NCBI GenBank assembly: GCA_017995215.1
Contig: JAGOJH010000001.1
Location: forward strand, 143-64,142
Origin: Thermoclostridium sp.
GTDB taxonomy: Bacteria > Bacillota > Clostridia > DSM-8532
Direction: 5' to 3'
DNA length: 64,000 nucleotides
Below are positions 8,203 through 17,968 of the stretch, piece by piece. Every line of letters begins with the position of its first letter. Position 1 is the first letter of the stretch. The notes below the pieces were generated by a model that made no database searches, was not told the origin of the DNA, and saw nothing but the letters and a program-made list of their open reading frames with translations. A program made the translations under genes and the position numbers.

Positions 8203-11139
8203 TTAAAACCCATATTCCTTCATCTGCTGGTCGGACAGGTTAAAATACTGTTGAATATGTTTTTTTACATTCTCCGGCCTTTTCACGAAAAAATCCTTCA
8301 GCCTGTTAACCCGGTTTTTCCAGGCGCTTACTGAGCCCTTCCATTTTGTATAGTTGCGTTCCATTTCAGGCTCTATCTCTGCAGCAAGTTCATCAACTAA
8401 ATCGCAGCAGCGCTGCGGTTCAAAAGTGGTTTTCATGTGGGTTGCCAGGGTTCTTAAGAACTGATCCCGAAATTCCCGGTTTTGTAAAAGGCCCATGGGT
8501 ATGAGTGTGGAAAACATATCATCCGAGCCTGTCCCATTAGGGTTGAAGAGCTCTTTGACCATGTTCAGATCGGGAAAATAGAAACCCATGTCAAAATCAA
8601 ACAGAATCCACCGCCACCTGGAGCCTTCCTTTCTTTCGCGCCAGAACTTGATGTTCCCGTTGTCTTCATTGGCCCCATAGACCACTGCAACCTGATAATC
8701 AATATAGTTGTCAATGTCCATTTTGGTTTTTACATATTCGTAATGGGCGGTTACGCTTAAATCGTGGCTTTCGATATAATCCCGCAACGCCTGATACTCT
8801 TTCTTGTCTCCCTGGTGAACTCGCCAGTCTCCCTCCATAATATCCAGGTTTTCAATATCGATTTCCGGATGGTTCGAATGCAGGAAGTGCCTGTCGGTAG
8901 ATTCCCGCAGCGTATAAAAGCCCCAGTATTCACCGTTCAGGTAAAGCACTGCCGGACGGTATGCCTGATAGTCCAGGCCGGATTCCTTCATCAATTGGGA
9001 TACCAGAACATCCCGCAGCTTGGAGTTTGCGTTGTCCTGGCCGGAATTCCTCAGAACGAGAGATTGATAATGGCTGTATGGCTTTTCATCAAACACCTTG
9101 TAGTTGATGAACTCGCTGCCATATTTTTTTCGGGCGTCTATCCCAAATGACTTCTGATCCAGGGCCTGTGTATATTCACCACGAATGGAGATCCCCGCGT
9201 CCATGCTGAACCCGGGACTGCCATCGTTCTCGAAAAATTCGATATGAGCGGGCTTCTCCCAATCCTGCCAGAAATTTGCCCCATGAAAGGGATAGACATC
9301 TTCATACGGTTTCCCATAGGCATAAATGCCAGTTTCTTCACTCCACAGATTTTCAGGGTTCGTGGAGATACAAACCGTAGCCAGGTTGCTCCCGGGTTCC
9401 AGGATATAGGTGTTTGTAACGATGGGGCTGGGCAGGAACCCCTTCTGACAGGCAACAGCCCTTACAACAGTAGTTTTATCAAGCTTCAGAGGGCCGGATA
9501 TGACAGGGGAGGAAAGTGTGGGCTCTGAGCCGTCGGTGGTATAATGGACAGCAGCAGTATTCTGCGGTGTTTGAATTGTCAAGGTAAATGGAGGCGTATA
9601 ATAACCCCCACTTACAGAAAATTCAGGGCTTTTCGTATAAGCTTCAAAGCGACCGGCTGGATCATTCGCCCGACCCGGGGTTGGCATGGAAAAATAGAAA
9701 TAGCCCTCTTCCTGGTCCAGGCTGCCATAAGAAACACCCGCAGTCAGCTCTGGAATACATAGCTTTTGCACAATGGTTCCCGTTGTGTCGGAAAGATAGA
9801 GCATGTCCCCCGAAGCACTGAGGGAAAAGCTGGCATGCATATAAATTTTGCCCTGGGGGTGGAAGGCATCGTAGTTGGAGGACAGGAACACGAGGGCATA
9901 GCCTCCCGGTTCAAGTGTTAAGCTGGGAAACCGCCACTTTTGGATTTCGTCCCCATCATCTGAAAGCCAATAGTTTTCAAGATTCAGAGGCTTATCAGTC
10001 TCATTTTTGATCTCTGCCCAATCATAAAAATTGCTGTTTTCATCTGGAATTGTGTTATCATTTTTTGACATCACTTCCGTCAGGAGCAGAGGTGATGAAA
10101 GGTGACTTCCCTTCAGAAATCCTGCATACCCTTCAGCGGAGTTTTCATAGCCGGGAGTGGGCTGTTCGGATATCTCCCACTCGCCGAAGGTTGTCCGTGC
10201 AAGAGAAGCATCGGATGAAAACTTTCGTATTTCTGCATAATCCAGTATTTTACCCCTTGGGTTGGTGAAATACAGATGGTCGGAGGTTTTATTGATCTTA
10301 AAATTGGTGTGCAGGTTCAAAGCCGGATCGATACGGTTCTTCCCTGAACAGAATATGAGCAGGTTTTCACCCGGGGCAAGGGAGCTTGCCGGAATGCACC
10401 ATGCAAAAAGATTATCTTTATCGTTCGAAAGGGCGTAACCGGTTAAATTTATCACCGAGCTACCCGTATTTACAATTTCAAGCCAGTCGGAGTAATCTCC
10501 GTCTTCGTCCTGCAGCACTGAGATATTGTCTGCCATTACTTCATTCAACTGCAGCGAGTCTGAAGCCCAACGGGTTGCTTCAAAATCGGCGGCCCCCGTT
10601 TCCGTATTCGGGAAACCTGGAGAAGACAGAGGCAACTGGGACCATTCGTCAGGTTTTTCGCCAAGCCTTCCGTAGGAGCAATTGGTTTCGCAAGCCGGGA
10701 TCTCCACTTCATCGATGGTTTCGCCCTGGGGATCGGATAGAATCAGCTCTTCTCCTTTTGACCGGATACTAAAGCTGGCATGCAGTTCTTTCCCGGTAAA
10801 CTTGTTTTTTCCGGAAGCAAAAATAACCAGAAAAGACCTGGCGGGAATGGTTACGTCCGGGAAAAGCCATTTTCCGGGCTTGGAGGTATCGTCGGAAAGG
10901 CCATAGCCCATTAGCCTGACAGGGATGCTGGAAGTATTGTAAAGCTCGATCCAATCGGGCGTATCACCCTCCTGGTCGATTAAAACAGACTGGTTTACCG
11001 GCATGACCTCGTTGATGAGCAAGGTGGGCATTGAAACAGAAGAAAAAACAGGCTGATTCATGTCGTCAATGATGACTAAAAACATAACTGTAACCAGTAA
11101 TAAAACTGTTATGGTGATCAGTAGATTTCTTTTCGACAT
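8203..11139 (-). CDS. cotH: CotH-family protein kinase with an N-terminal signal anchor and three lamin-tail (LTD) domains
   Basis: 978 aa. Three repeats of LL(I/L)NEVM..N....D..G...DWIE(L/I)(Y/V/K)N. The C-terminal region (...SLVLRNSGQDNANSKLRDVLVSQLMKESGLDYQAYRPAVLYLNGEYWGFYTLRE...) matches the atypical CotH kinase fold. Confidence 0.8.
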   Translation of the reverse strand: MSKRNLLITITVLLLVTVMFLVIIDDMNQPVFSSVSMPTLLINEVMPVNQSVLIDQEGDTPDWIELYNTSSIPVRLMGYGLSDDTSKPGKWLFPDVTIPARSFLVIFASGKNKFTGKELHASFSIRSKGEELILSDPQGETIDEVEIPACETNCSYGRLGEKPDEWSQLPLSSPGFPNTETGAADFEATRWASDSLQLNEVMADNISVLQDEDGDYSDWLEIVNTGSSVINLTGYALSNDKDNLFAWCIPASSLAPGENLLIFCSGKNRIDPALNLHTNFKINKTSDHLYFTNPRGKILDYAEIRKFSSDASLARTTFGEWEISEQPTPGYENSAEGYAGFLKGSHLSSPLLLTEVMSKNDNTIPDENSNFYDWAEIKNETDKPLNLENYWLSDDGDEIQKWRFPSLTLEPGGYALVFLSSNYDAFHPQGKIYMHASFSLSASGDMLYLSDTTGTIVQKLCIPELTAGVSYGSLDQEEGYFYFSMPTPGRANDPAGRFEAYTKSPEFSVSGGYYTPPFTLTIQTPQNTAAVHYTTDGSEPTLSSPVISGPLKLDKTTVVRAVACQKGFLPSPIVTNTYILEPGSNLATVCISTNPENLWSEETGIYAYGKPYEDVYPFHGANFWQDWEKPAHIEFFENDGSPGFSMDAGISIRGEYTQALDQKSFGIDARKKYGSEFINYKVFDEKPYSHYQSLVLRNSGQDNANSKLRDVLVSQLMKESGLDYQAYRPAVLYLNGEYWGFYTLRESTDRHFLHSNHPEIDIENLDIMEGDWRVHQGDKKEYQALRDYIESHDLSVTAHYEYVKTKMDIDNYIDYQVAVVYGANEDNGNIKFWRERKEGSRWRWILFDFDMGFYFPDLNMVKELFNPNGTGSDDMFSTLIPMGLLQNREFRDQFLRTLATHMKTTFEPQRCCDLVDELAAEIEPEMERNYTKWKGSVSAWKNRVNRLKDFFVKRPENVKKHIQQYFNLSDQQMKEYGF

Positions 11140-11257
11140 TTCCCTTTTCCATTCTATTTAAACAAACAAATTACTTTCTATACTATAGCACAAAGGAAAT
11201 TTGAGTACAATTATAGCTGGATGGAATTTTATCGACAGAAGAGAAACCAAAGGAGAC

Positions 11258-11310
11258 AGGTCCCTTAGTCAAATTTGACCAGGGAACCTGTCCCCTCCGG
11301 TTTAAAGCTC
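11258..11310 (-). terminator. Hairpin downstream of serC (GACAGGTTCCC / GGGACCTGTC stem with a T-rich tail on the minus strand). It also carries a 17-nt motif repeated at 38360.
   Basis: The inverted repeat gacaggtccc...gggaacctgtc lies directly after the serC stop. The minus-strand read-out continues TCCTTTGGTTTCTCTT. Confidence 0.45.
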
Positions 11311-11318
11311 GTGTTATT

Positions 11319-12437
11319 TTAGTTTTTTGTAACTTCGGCATAAGCCCATTCCAGCCATTCACAAAGAATCGCCAGATCAGAGCTTTCAACTGTAGCACCG
11401 CACCATATCCTAATTCCGTTTGGTGCATCCTTGTAAGAGGCGATATCATAGCCCACGCCTTCCTTTGCCAACATCTGCACCAGGATTTTCAGCTTATCTT
11501 CGTGCAGATCTGCCATCAGGCAGACACTGGTGTTGGAACGGAATGCCTTTTCCTTCGCGAGGAAATTGATCCAGGGGGTTCTTTGAACAAAGGCTTCGAT
11601 TACGGCAAGGTTGGCCTGGCTTCTCGCCATTAATCCTTCAAGGCCGCCGATGGACTCTGCCCATGACAGCGCATCAAGGTAATCTTCATTTGCAAGCATG
11701 GACGGGGTATTAATGGTAGAACCCTCGAAGAGGGATTCTGTGATCTTTCCCTTGCTTTTCATTCTGAAAATTTTAGGAAGCGGCCATGCCGGAACATAGC
11801 TCTCGATTCGCTCTACAGCGCGGGGTGAGAGGATTAGCATACCATGAGCGCCTTCGCCCCCGAGAACCTTCTGCCAGGAGAAGGTAGCTGCATCAATTTT
11901 GCTCCATGGAATGTCCATTGCGAAAACAGCTGAGGTAGCGTCGCATAGTGTCAACCCTTTTCTGTCATCGGGAATCCAATTTCCGTCCGGTATCATGACA
12001 CCGCTGGTCGTTCCGTTCCATGTAAACACTACGTCGCGGTTAAAATCTACCTGGGACAGATCGGGAAGCTCACCATAACCGGCTGAGAATTCACGTACAT
12101 CGGCAAGGCGCAGTTCCTTTTTGATGTCGCCAGCCCAGCCCAGACCAAAGGATTCAAACCAAATGACATCCACGCCTCTTTCACCGAGGACATTCCACAT
12201 CAGCATTTCAAATGCTCCCGTATCGGATGCAGGCACAATACCTACACGATAATCATCGGGAAGCTTCAGAATGCTTTTGGTTTTCTGAATGGATTCCAGC
12301 AGCTTGTTTTTTCCCAGACTGCTCCGGTGAGATCTGCCAAGGGGGGCGCCAGAAAGCTTTTCAAGGGAGTAACCGGGGCGCTTCGCGCAGGGACCGGAAG
12401 AAAAACATGGGTTTACAGGTTTGTTAACAGGTTTCAA
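11319..12437 (-). CDS. serC: Phosphoserine aminotransferase (short/archaeal-mycobacterial type, class V aminotransferase)
   Basis: (M)[22 protein letters not shown]... through the C-terminus. The start was set to the TTG at 12437 (GAGGAG RBS, 8-nt spacer). The ORF-track GTG at 12446 directly abuts the RBS. Confidence 0.8.
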   Translation of the reverse strand: MKPVNKPVNPCFSSGPCAKRPGYSLEKLSGAPLGRSHRSSLGKNKLLESIQKTKSILKLPDDYRVGIVPASDTGAFEMLMWNVLGERGVDVIWFESFGLGWAGDIKKELRLADVREFSAGYGELPDLSQVDFNRDVVFTWNGTTSGVMIPDGNWIPDDRKGLTLCDATSAVFAMDIPWSKIDAATFSWQKVLGGEGAHGMLILSPRAVERIESYVPAWPLPKIFRMKSKGKITESLFEGSTINTPSMLANEDYLDALSWAESIGGLEGLMARSQANLAVIEAFVQRTPWINFLAKEKAFRSNTSVCLMADLHEDKLKILVQMLAKEGVGYDIASYKDAPNGIRIWCGATVESSDLAILCEWLEWAYAEVTKN

Positions 12438-12483
12438 TACAATCACTCCTCACTTAAAATTTTAGGAATTTATTCGATGATTC

Positions 12484-12705
12484 TTTAATAAAAAACCTCT
12501 CGCTCCCGGAAAATCATCAGGGACGAGAGGAACTACCCGCGGTACCACCCACATTAGTTGGCCTTGCCAACTCGCTTTATGCACTGTAACCGGTGCGGCG
12601 GTTTGGTTCTTCACCAACGTTTCAGGGGTGGAATGAGAGGCTTTGCCCGGTTGATTCGCAGCGATCATCAACTTTCTGATTCAGGGCTTGCCATTTTCCC
12701 CATCA
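12484..12705 (-). promoter_or_regulatory. T-box riboswitch leader with an intrinsic terminator, upstream of serC. The specifier could be a Ser codon but is not resolved.
   Basis: The minus-strand leader contains the canonical T-box sequence AACUAAUGUGGGUGGUACCGCGG. It is followed by the terminator CCTCTCGTCCC-loop-GGGAGCGAGAGG + TTTTTTATT. Upstream are GTTGATGA K-turn-like motifs and a plausible sigma-A promoter (TTGAAA-17-TAGAAT) at about 12735-12708. Confidence 0.75.
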
Positions 12706-12780
12706 TCAACTTGCATCATGAATTTTAATCTATTCTATTCTAATCCCATCAACATTTCAAGAGGGTTTGTTAAATTTTTT

Positions 12781-13350
12781 TCAATCTTTTTCATCCTGAT
12801 CCTGCTGAAATTTCGCTAGGAAACTGGCAGTTTCATCATATTGTCGTGACAGGATATCAATGAACTCTACAACAGCATCATCCTTCAGCAAGCGGGGAAA
12901 TGCGTCATACAACGCTTCAATGAATTCTTCCTCCACAGGGTTTTCACGAGGACTATAAACAATCGGGCAGATGCCAAGGCTGCGTAAATCCAGCCTGAAC
13001 TCGGTACGTCCCATATCATTCAGATAGGGGATAATTGGGAAAATTCTGCAGGATAAGGGTCGGCATTCTCTTGGACACTCCCCCCTGCAAACAAAAAACT
13101 TGATTTGATAACCGTCTGATAACACAATATGACTGTTATGGATTTGAAACCAGTCGCCGTTCATGCTTTCATACAAGTATTCTTCACCCGGGAACAGCAG
13201 CATTCCGTCGTTCTCGGTGCCAGCGCAGCATTTTTTATCGCACAGCTTGCCACAGTCACCCATCAGCGGGGTAGGGTCATCAAGTTTTCTCCATACTTTC
13301 TGGTAAAGCTTTATATATTTTGCCTTATTGATTGGCATTGACTTGTCCAT
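12781..13350 (-). CDS. Cys-rich hypothetical protein (possible metal/Fe-S binding: CGKLCDKKCC and CRGECPRECRPLSC)
   Basis: 189-aa ORF with a reasonable codon pattern and Cys clusters. I recognise no family with confidence. Confidence 0.45.
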   Translation of the reverse strand: MDKSMPINKAKYIKLYQKVWRKLDDPTPLMGDCGKLCDKKCCAGTENDGMLLFPGEEYLYESMNGDWFQIHNSHIVLSDGYQIKFFVCRGECPRECRPLSCRIFPIIPYLNDMGRTEFRLDLRSLGICPIVYSPRENPVEEEFIEALYDAFPRLLKDDAVVEFIDILSRQYDETASFLAKFQQDQDEKD

Positions 13351-13442
13351 CCCTTTTTACTCGCCCCTGGCAGGCTTATGAGTGCAGAGGCAGCTTATGG
13401 TGCAGGGGCTGATTGCTTTGCGGGTACCCATAAAGCTGCAGT

Positions 13443-14390
13443 CTATTGTTGTTCAGAGTGCTCATGATTTTCAGGCTTATTGTTATCCAGCGCGCTCAAG
13501 GCCTGTAACCTTTCGTCCCTGTTATCTTCCTTTGGAATGCTCTTGTTGTCTTTTCCCTTTTTCTGACCGTCCTTATAATAAGAATAGATGATAGATTCAA
13601 ACAACCTGCCGGGTACCAGTTTTTTCAACAGTACCGACAGCTTCTGAACAAATTTCCCTGTCAGATAGCGCAGCCTTGGCTGCTTGCTTTGAACAATTCT
13701 GCCAATAAGCCTGGCCAGCTTTTCAGGCTCGCCGCCATTGGCTTCATCAAATTCAATTTTAGAGGTGACCTTCAGGAACAAATCTCTGTAAGGCGAGGAC
13801 AGCAGGTTTGCTGCCGCGGCATGAGGCCTGTATAGTTTCGAACCCGACTTGTGATCGGTTGGTTCGACCAGGCTTACCTTAATGCCATAGTTTCTTGTTT
13901 CCATGCGAAGTGCTTCCGTAAAGCCCTCTATGGCAAATTTCGACGCCGAGTAAGCGCTTTGGAAGGGGATGGAAATCAGACCCATGATGGAACTGAAATT
14001 GATGATCTGACCTTCATTTCGGTTTCTCATATAGGGCAGCACCGCCTTACAGGTTCTAACAACCCCGCAGGTGTTTGTCAGCAGTACTTTTTCAAACTCC
14101 TCATAGGTGGTATCCTCGACAGAGCCTAAAACCAGAATTGCCGCACAATTGATCAGTACATCAATGCGACCTTCTGTTTCAATGATCTTTTCAGTGAGGG
14201 CAGTTATTCCTGTCTGATCGGTTACGTCGAGGTACACTTTTTTCAAATTGCCCTCGTTCGGTGTTTCATCCCTGTAGGATCGCGCACCGGCGTAAACAAT
14301 GTTTCCCGCTTCCGCCAGGTGCGTAGCAACAGCCAGCCCCAAGCCTGAGGAAGCCCCCGTTACAAGAATGATTTTGCTGCCCTGCTTCAT
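13443..14390 (-). CDS. Short-chain dehydrogenase/reductase (SDR) with a charged C-terminal extension
   Basis: IILVTGASSGLGLAVATHLAEAG is a TGxxxGxG Rossmann motif, and ...YSASKFA.. carries the YxxxK catalytic motif. A GAAGGGG RBS precedes the start. It is divergent from the AOS gene. Confidence 0.85.
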   Translation of the reverse strand: MKQGSKIILVTGASSGLGLAVATHLAEAGNIVYAGARSYRDETPNEGNLKKVYLDVTDQTGITALTEKIIETEGRIDVLINCAAILVLGSVEDTTYEEFEKVLLTNTCGVVRTCKAVLPYMRNRNEGQIINFSSIMGLISIPFQSAYSASKFAIEGFTEALRMETRNYGIKVSLVEPTDHKSGSKLYRPHAAAANLLSSPYRDLFLKVTSKIEFDEANGGEPEKLARLIGRIVQSKQPRLRYLTGKFVQKLSVLLKKLVPGRLFESIIYSYYKDGQKKGKDNKSIPKEDNRDERLQALSALDNNKPENHEHSEQQ

Positions 14391-14646
14391 TTATACAACC
14401 CCTTCTGTGGCTGGGTAATTCAGCCGTTATTCGCCGGAACAGACCGAAGAATGAAAACTCCTTGTCAATTCCCTGAACCCATTCTAATACAGTTTGCTGA
14501 AAAAATCAAAAATAAGTGGATATTTTAAGAAAGTGTGATACAATAAGTTTGTAAAAATTCGTTTTAGGTGCTATGACCTGGTACTAAATCAGGATTATAC
14601 ATTAATGCCCCTTTGATACAGTGAACAAGACAAGGAGAGGTTACGT

Positions 14647-15834
14647 ATGGATCTGTTTGAAAAATGTTCTAGCTTCACGGCTGCGAAGGAAGCAATGGCA
14701 GCAGGCATATACCCTTATTTTCACTACCTGGAAACCGGACAGGATACAGAAGTGGTGATGGAGGGTCATCCGATCATCATGATTGGATCTAACAATTATC
14801 AGGGGCTGGCATCCGATCCTCGCGTTATAGAGGCGGCAAAGGAAGCGGTACTGAAATATGGCTCGGGCTGTTCAGGCTCACGCTTTTTAAACGGGACGCT
14901 GAAACTGCATCTCGATCTTGAAGAAAAACTGGCCAAGTTTTTAAATAAGGAAGCGGTTATCACCTTCAGCACCGGGTTTCAGAGCAACCTGGGTATTATC
15001 TCGGCTATAGCCGGCAGAAATGATTATATTGTCTGCGACAAGGAAAACCATGCCAGCATTTATGATGCCTGCAGGTTAAGCTATGCGAAGATGGTTCGTT
15101 ATGAGCACAGCGACATGGCCGATCTGGAAAAGGTTCTTTCAGAAATTCCTGAAAACAAGGGAATTCTGATTGTCACCGACGGTGTTTTCAGCATGGGTGG
15201 TGATATCTGCAAGCTGCCGGAAATTGTAAGGCTGGCCGAAAGGTTTGGCGCAAGGGTCATGGTTGACGATGCGCACGGCCTTGGGGTTATTGGTGAACGC
15301 GGACGCGGCACAGCCGAATATTTCGATCTGGAAGACAAAGTGGACATCATCATGGGTACCTTCAGCAAGTCTCTTGCCAGCCTGGGGGGATATATGGCCG
15401 CCAGTGAGGACGTTATCCACTATGTAAAGCATAATTCCCGCCCGTTTATTTTCAGTGCATCCATCCCGCCATCAAATGCGGCAGCAGCGCTGAAAGCCCT
15501 TGAAGTGATCCAGCAGGAGCCTCAGCGCGTGAAGAACCTGCTGCATATTGCCGATTATATGCGCAATGGGCTTCGGAAAATGGGTATACCCATTCTGGAA
15601 TCCACGACGCCGATTATTCCCATTATGACCTATGATAACGACAGAACCTTTATAGCAACCAAGATGCTTTTTGAAGGCGGTGTTTATGTGAATCCTGTCA
15701 TTGTTCCGGCTGTAGCGCCCGGGCAATGTCTGCTGCGCACCAGCTACACCGCAACCCATACCGAAGATCAAATGGACAGGGCAATGAAGGTAATTGGCCA
15801 GGTGTTTGCAGCTCTGCCGCCACGCAGCGAGTAA
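14647..15834 (+). CDS. Alpha-oxoamine synthase family PLP enzyme, serine-palmitoyltransferase-like (not clearly BioF or KBL)
   Basis: 395 aa. It has ...VMVDDAHGLGVIGERGRG.. and a PLP-lysine region GTFSKSLASLGGYMAAS, which resembles the SPT motif GTFSKSxGxxGG more than the KBL or BioF versions. An AGGAGAGG RBS precedes the start. Confidence 0.8.
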   Translation: MDLFEKCSSFTAAKEAMAAGIYPYFHYLETGQDTEVVMEGHPIIMIGSNNYQGLASDPRVIEAAKEAVLKYGSGCSGSRFLNGTLKLHLDLEEKLAKFLNKEAVITFSTGFQSNLGIISAIAGRNDYIVCDKENHASIYDACRLSYAKMVRYEHSDMADLEKVLSEIPENKGILIVTDGVFSMGGDICKLPEIVRLAERFGARVMVDDAHGLGVIGERGRGTAEYFDLEDKVDIIMGTFSKSLASLGGYMAASEDVIHYVKHNSRPFIFSASIPPSNAAAALKALEVIQQEPQRVKNLLHIADYMRNGLRKMGIPILESTTPIIPIMTYDNDRTFIATKMLFEGGVYVNPVIVPAVAPGQCLLRTSYTATHTEDQMDRAMKVIGQVFAALPPRSE

Positions 15835-15937
15835 AGCAAGCCAGGTTTTGTTTTGGGGAAACAACCGTCCGGTCTCATGCTCGCATGGGTACGGGCGGTT
15901 TTATTTATTTCGGAAAAGCATTTCTTTTAAACAGAGG

Positions 15938-16321
15938 CTAATGGGGGATGACCTCGATCTCAATGGACTTATCCTTCAGCAGGGTACGCAGCTGCTTGTA
16001 GAACTTGCTTTCCTGCTCGTTGGATGACTGCCCCAGGACAATCAGATCGATATGGTGCTCTTTTGCAAAAGCAGCGATGGTTTCGGAAATGTTATCTGCC
16101 CTTAGCATGGTCATTTCAGCATCATTCAGCTTTGAGATTCTGAACAGGTAGTCCAGCGCTTCGCTTTCCCGGCTGTTGTCCAGAATGTTCCAGGAGTTTT
16201 TAGCCACATGCAGCACATGCAGGGTGCCCTGAGCCGTTTTCCTGCCAGAAGCTGCCTTAATAAGGCGCTCACAGGTTTTTTGCTTGGTAACGCAAGCCAA
16301 TACATTTTGGTATATGTTCAA
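15938..16321 (-). CDS. Universal stress protein (UspA family)
   Basis: 127 aa: ...LHVLHV.....HHIDLIVLGQSSNEQE.. is the typical USP fold signature. Confidence 0.75.
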   Translation of the reverse strand: MNIYQNVLACVTKQKTCERLIKAASGRKTAQGTLHVLHVAKNSWNILDNSRESEALDYLFRISKLNDAEMTMLRADNISETIAAFAKEHHIDLIVLGQSSNEQESKFYKQLRTLLKDKSIEIEVIPH

Positions 16322-16468
16322 GATTGATTTACCTCATTTTCTGTTTGGTTCCATTCGTTTCTATAATCACATTATACCAGAAATCACCCCGATATGTCTG
16401 AACGGATTGTAAATTGTTTGGGATGAAAACATGGCTTTCTATTTCCATCCTTATCGCAATTGTCGCAA

Positions 16469-16497
16469 TTGAAAGCAATAACTGTTTTTGCTATAAT
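16469..16497 (+). promoter_or_regulatory. Sigma-A-type promoter (TTGAAA-17-TATAAT) for the MBOAT–DHHW operon
   Basis: ttgaaa gcaataactgtttttgc tataat. The placement implies the MBOAT start lies downstream at the TTG at 16549. Confidence 0.6.
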
Positions 16498-16548
16498 ACT
16501 ATTGTTCTTTCCGGATCGATCGCATGGTGTAAAATCGGGGGTGCTGCG

Positions 16549-17964
16549 TTGGTCTTTTCAAGCTTGATTTTTCTTTATTGTTTTCTGCCATTAAACCTGT
16601 TACTGTATGTATTTGTTAAAAACAACCACTATCGCAGTGTAATCCTTGTAACGTTCTCATTGGCCTTTTATGCCTGGGGTGAACCAAGATGGGTTGCGCT
16701 TTTGATATTCAGCGCCCTGGTAGACTATTTCAACAGCCTTATCATCGAAAAACACAGGGGAACATGGAAAGCGAAGCTTGCGCTTGTTTTGTCCATCGTG
16801 ATCAACCTTTCGCTGCTGTTTTTCTTTAAGTACTCAGGTTTTTTTACCCAAAACCTGAACCTGCTTCTGGGAACAAACATGCCTGCCGGCAATTTCAGCC
16901 TGCCTATCGGGATATCTTTTTACACCTTTCAGACCCTTTCCTATACCATCGATGTTTACCGCAATGAAACAAAAGCCCAGCCTTCATTTTTGAAGTTCAT
17001 GCTTTTCGTTTCTCTTTTTCATCAGCTTGTTGCCGGCCCCATTGTACGTTATAGTGATATTGCCGCAGAAATTGACAACAGAACGGTCAGTTTTTCGGAC
17101 ATATCCTGTGGAATTAACCGCTTTGTAATAGGCCTGGCCAAAAAGGTTCTGCTGGCCAACACCGCAGGAGAACTTGCCGGTTCTTTTCTGGACGGAAATA
17201 TGGATAAGCTGACCGCCGGCGGTGCCTGGTTTGGAATTATCCTGTTCTCACTGCAAATCTATTTTGATTTTGCCGGTTATTCTGATATGGCCATTGGAAT
17301 GGGGCGTATGATCGGCTTTCACTATAAGGAAAATTTCAACTATCCCTATATCGCAAAATCCGTTACCGACTTCTGGCGCAGATGGCATATTTCGCTGGGC
17401 AGCTTTTTCCGTGATTACTTGTACATACCCCTTGGCGGGAATAAAAAGCATCATATCCGAAATTTACTCATTGTATGGTTTCTAACGGGCCTGTGGCATG
17501 GAGCCAGCTGGAATTTTGTTTTATGGGGCCTGTTTTATGGGGTTTTGATCATAGCCGAAAAGTTGTTCCTGGAAAAATGGTTGAAAAAGCTTCCGGACTT
17601 TTTTTCCCATGCCTGGCTGCTGTTGGCTGTTGTAGTTGGATGGGTGTTATTCTACTTTACTAAGCTTGGAGATGCAGTGCGCTACCTGGGTATCATGTTT
17701 GGAGCGGGTAACAATGGTTTTCTCAGCCTTGAGGACAAGATTGTGATCACAAACAATATCCTGTTTGTAATTGTGACAATGATTGCATGCACACCGCTTG
17801 TGTCAAAATTGTGGGAGAGGGTTCAAAAACGGACGGAAAGCTGGAAATATGGGGGTTGGATACCGGCATTGGGCCACCCCGTCGTCAATCTGGTTTTGCT
17901 GGTTTTATCCACGGCATTCCTTGTTGGAAAGTCCTATAATCCGTTTTTGTATTTCAGGTTTTAG
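16549..17964 (+). CDS. MBOAT-family membrane O-acyltransferase (DltB/AlgI-like)
   Basis: (M)VFSSLIFLYCFLPLNLLLYVF... is a typical MBOAT N-terminus. The conserved His region ...FWRRWHISLGSFFRDYLYIPLGGN.. is present. The start was reassigned to the TTG at 16549 (GGGGGTG RBS), downstream of the promoter. Confidence 0.85.
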   Translation: MVFSSLIFLYCFLPLNLLLYVFVKNNHYRSVILVTFSLAFYAWGEPRWVALLIFSALVDYFNSLIIEKHRGTWKAKLALVLSIVINLSLLFFFKYSGFFTQNLNLLLGTNMPAGNFSLPIGISFYTFQTLSYTIDVYRNETKAQPSFLKFMLFVSLFHQLVAGPIVRYSDIAAEIDNRTVSFSDISCGINRFVIGLAKKVLLANTAGELAGSFLDGNMDKLTAGGAWFGIILFSLQIYFDFAGYSDMAIGMGRMIGFHYKENFNYPYIAKSVTDFWRRWHISLGSFFRDYLYIPLGGNKKHHIRNLLIVWFLTGLWHGASWNFVLWGLFYGVLIIAEKLFLEKWLKKLPDFFSHAWLLLAVVVGWVLFYFTKLGDAVRYLGIMFGAGNNGFLSLEDKIVITNNILFVIVTMIACTPLVSKLWERVQKRTESWKYGGWIPALGHPVVNLVLLVLSTAFLVGKSYNPFLYFRF

Positions 17965-17968
17965 CAGG

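Noticed and set aside
17783-17968. ORF-track 5' extension of the DHHW gene (MHAHRLCQNCG...) overlapping the MBOAT 3' end
   Set aside because: The extension lies entirely inside the MBOAT coding sequence in another frame. The ATG at 17969 immediately after the MBOAT stop gives a proper signal-anchor N-terminus.
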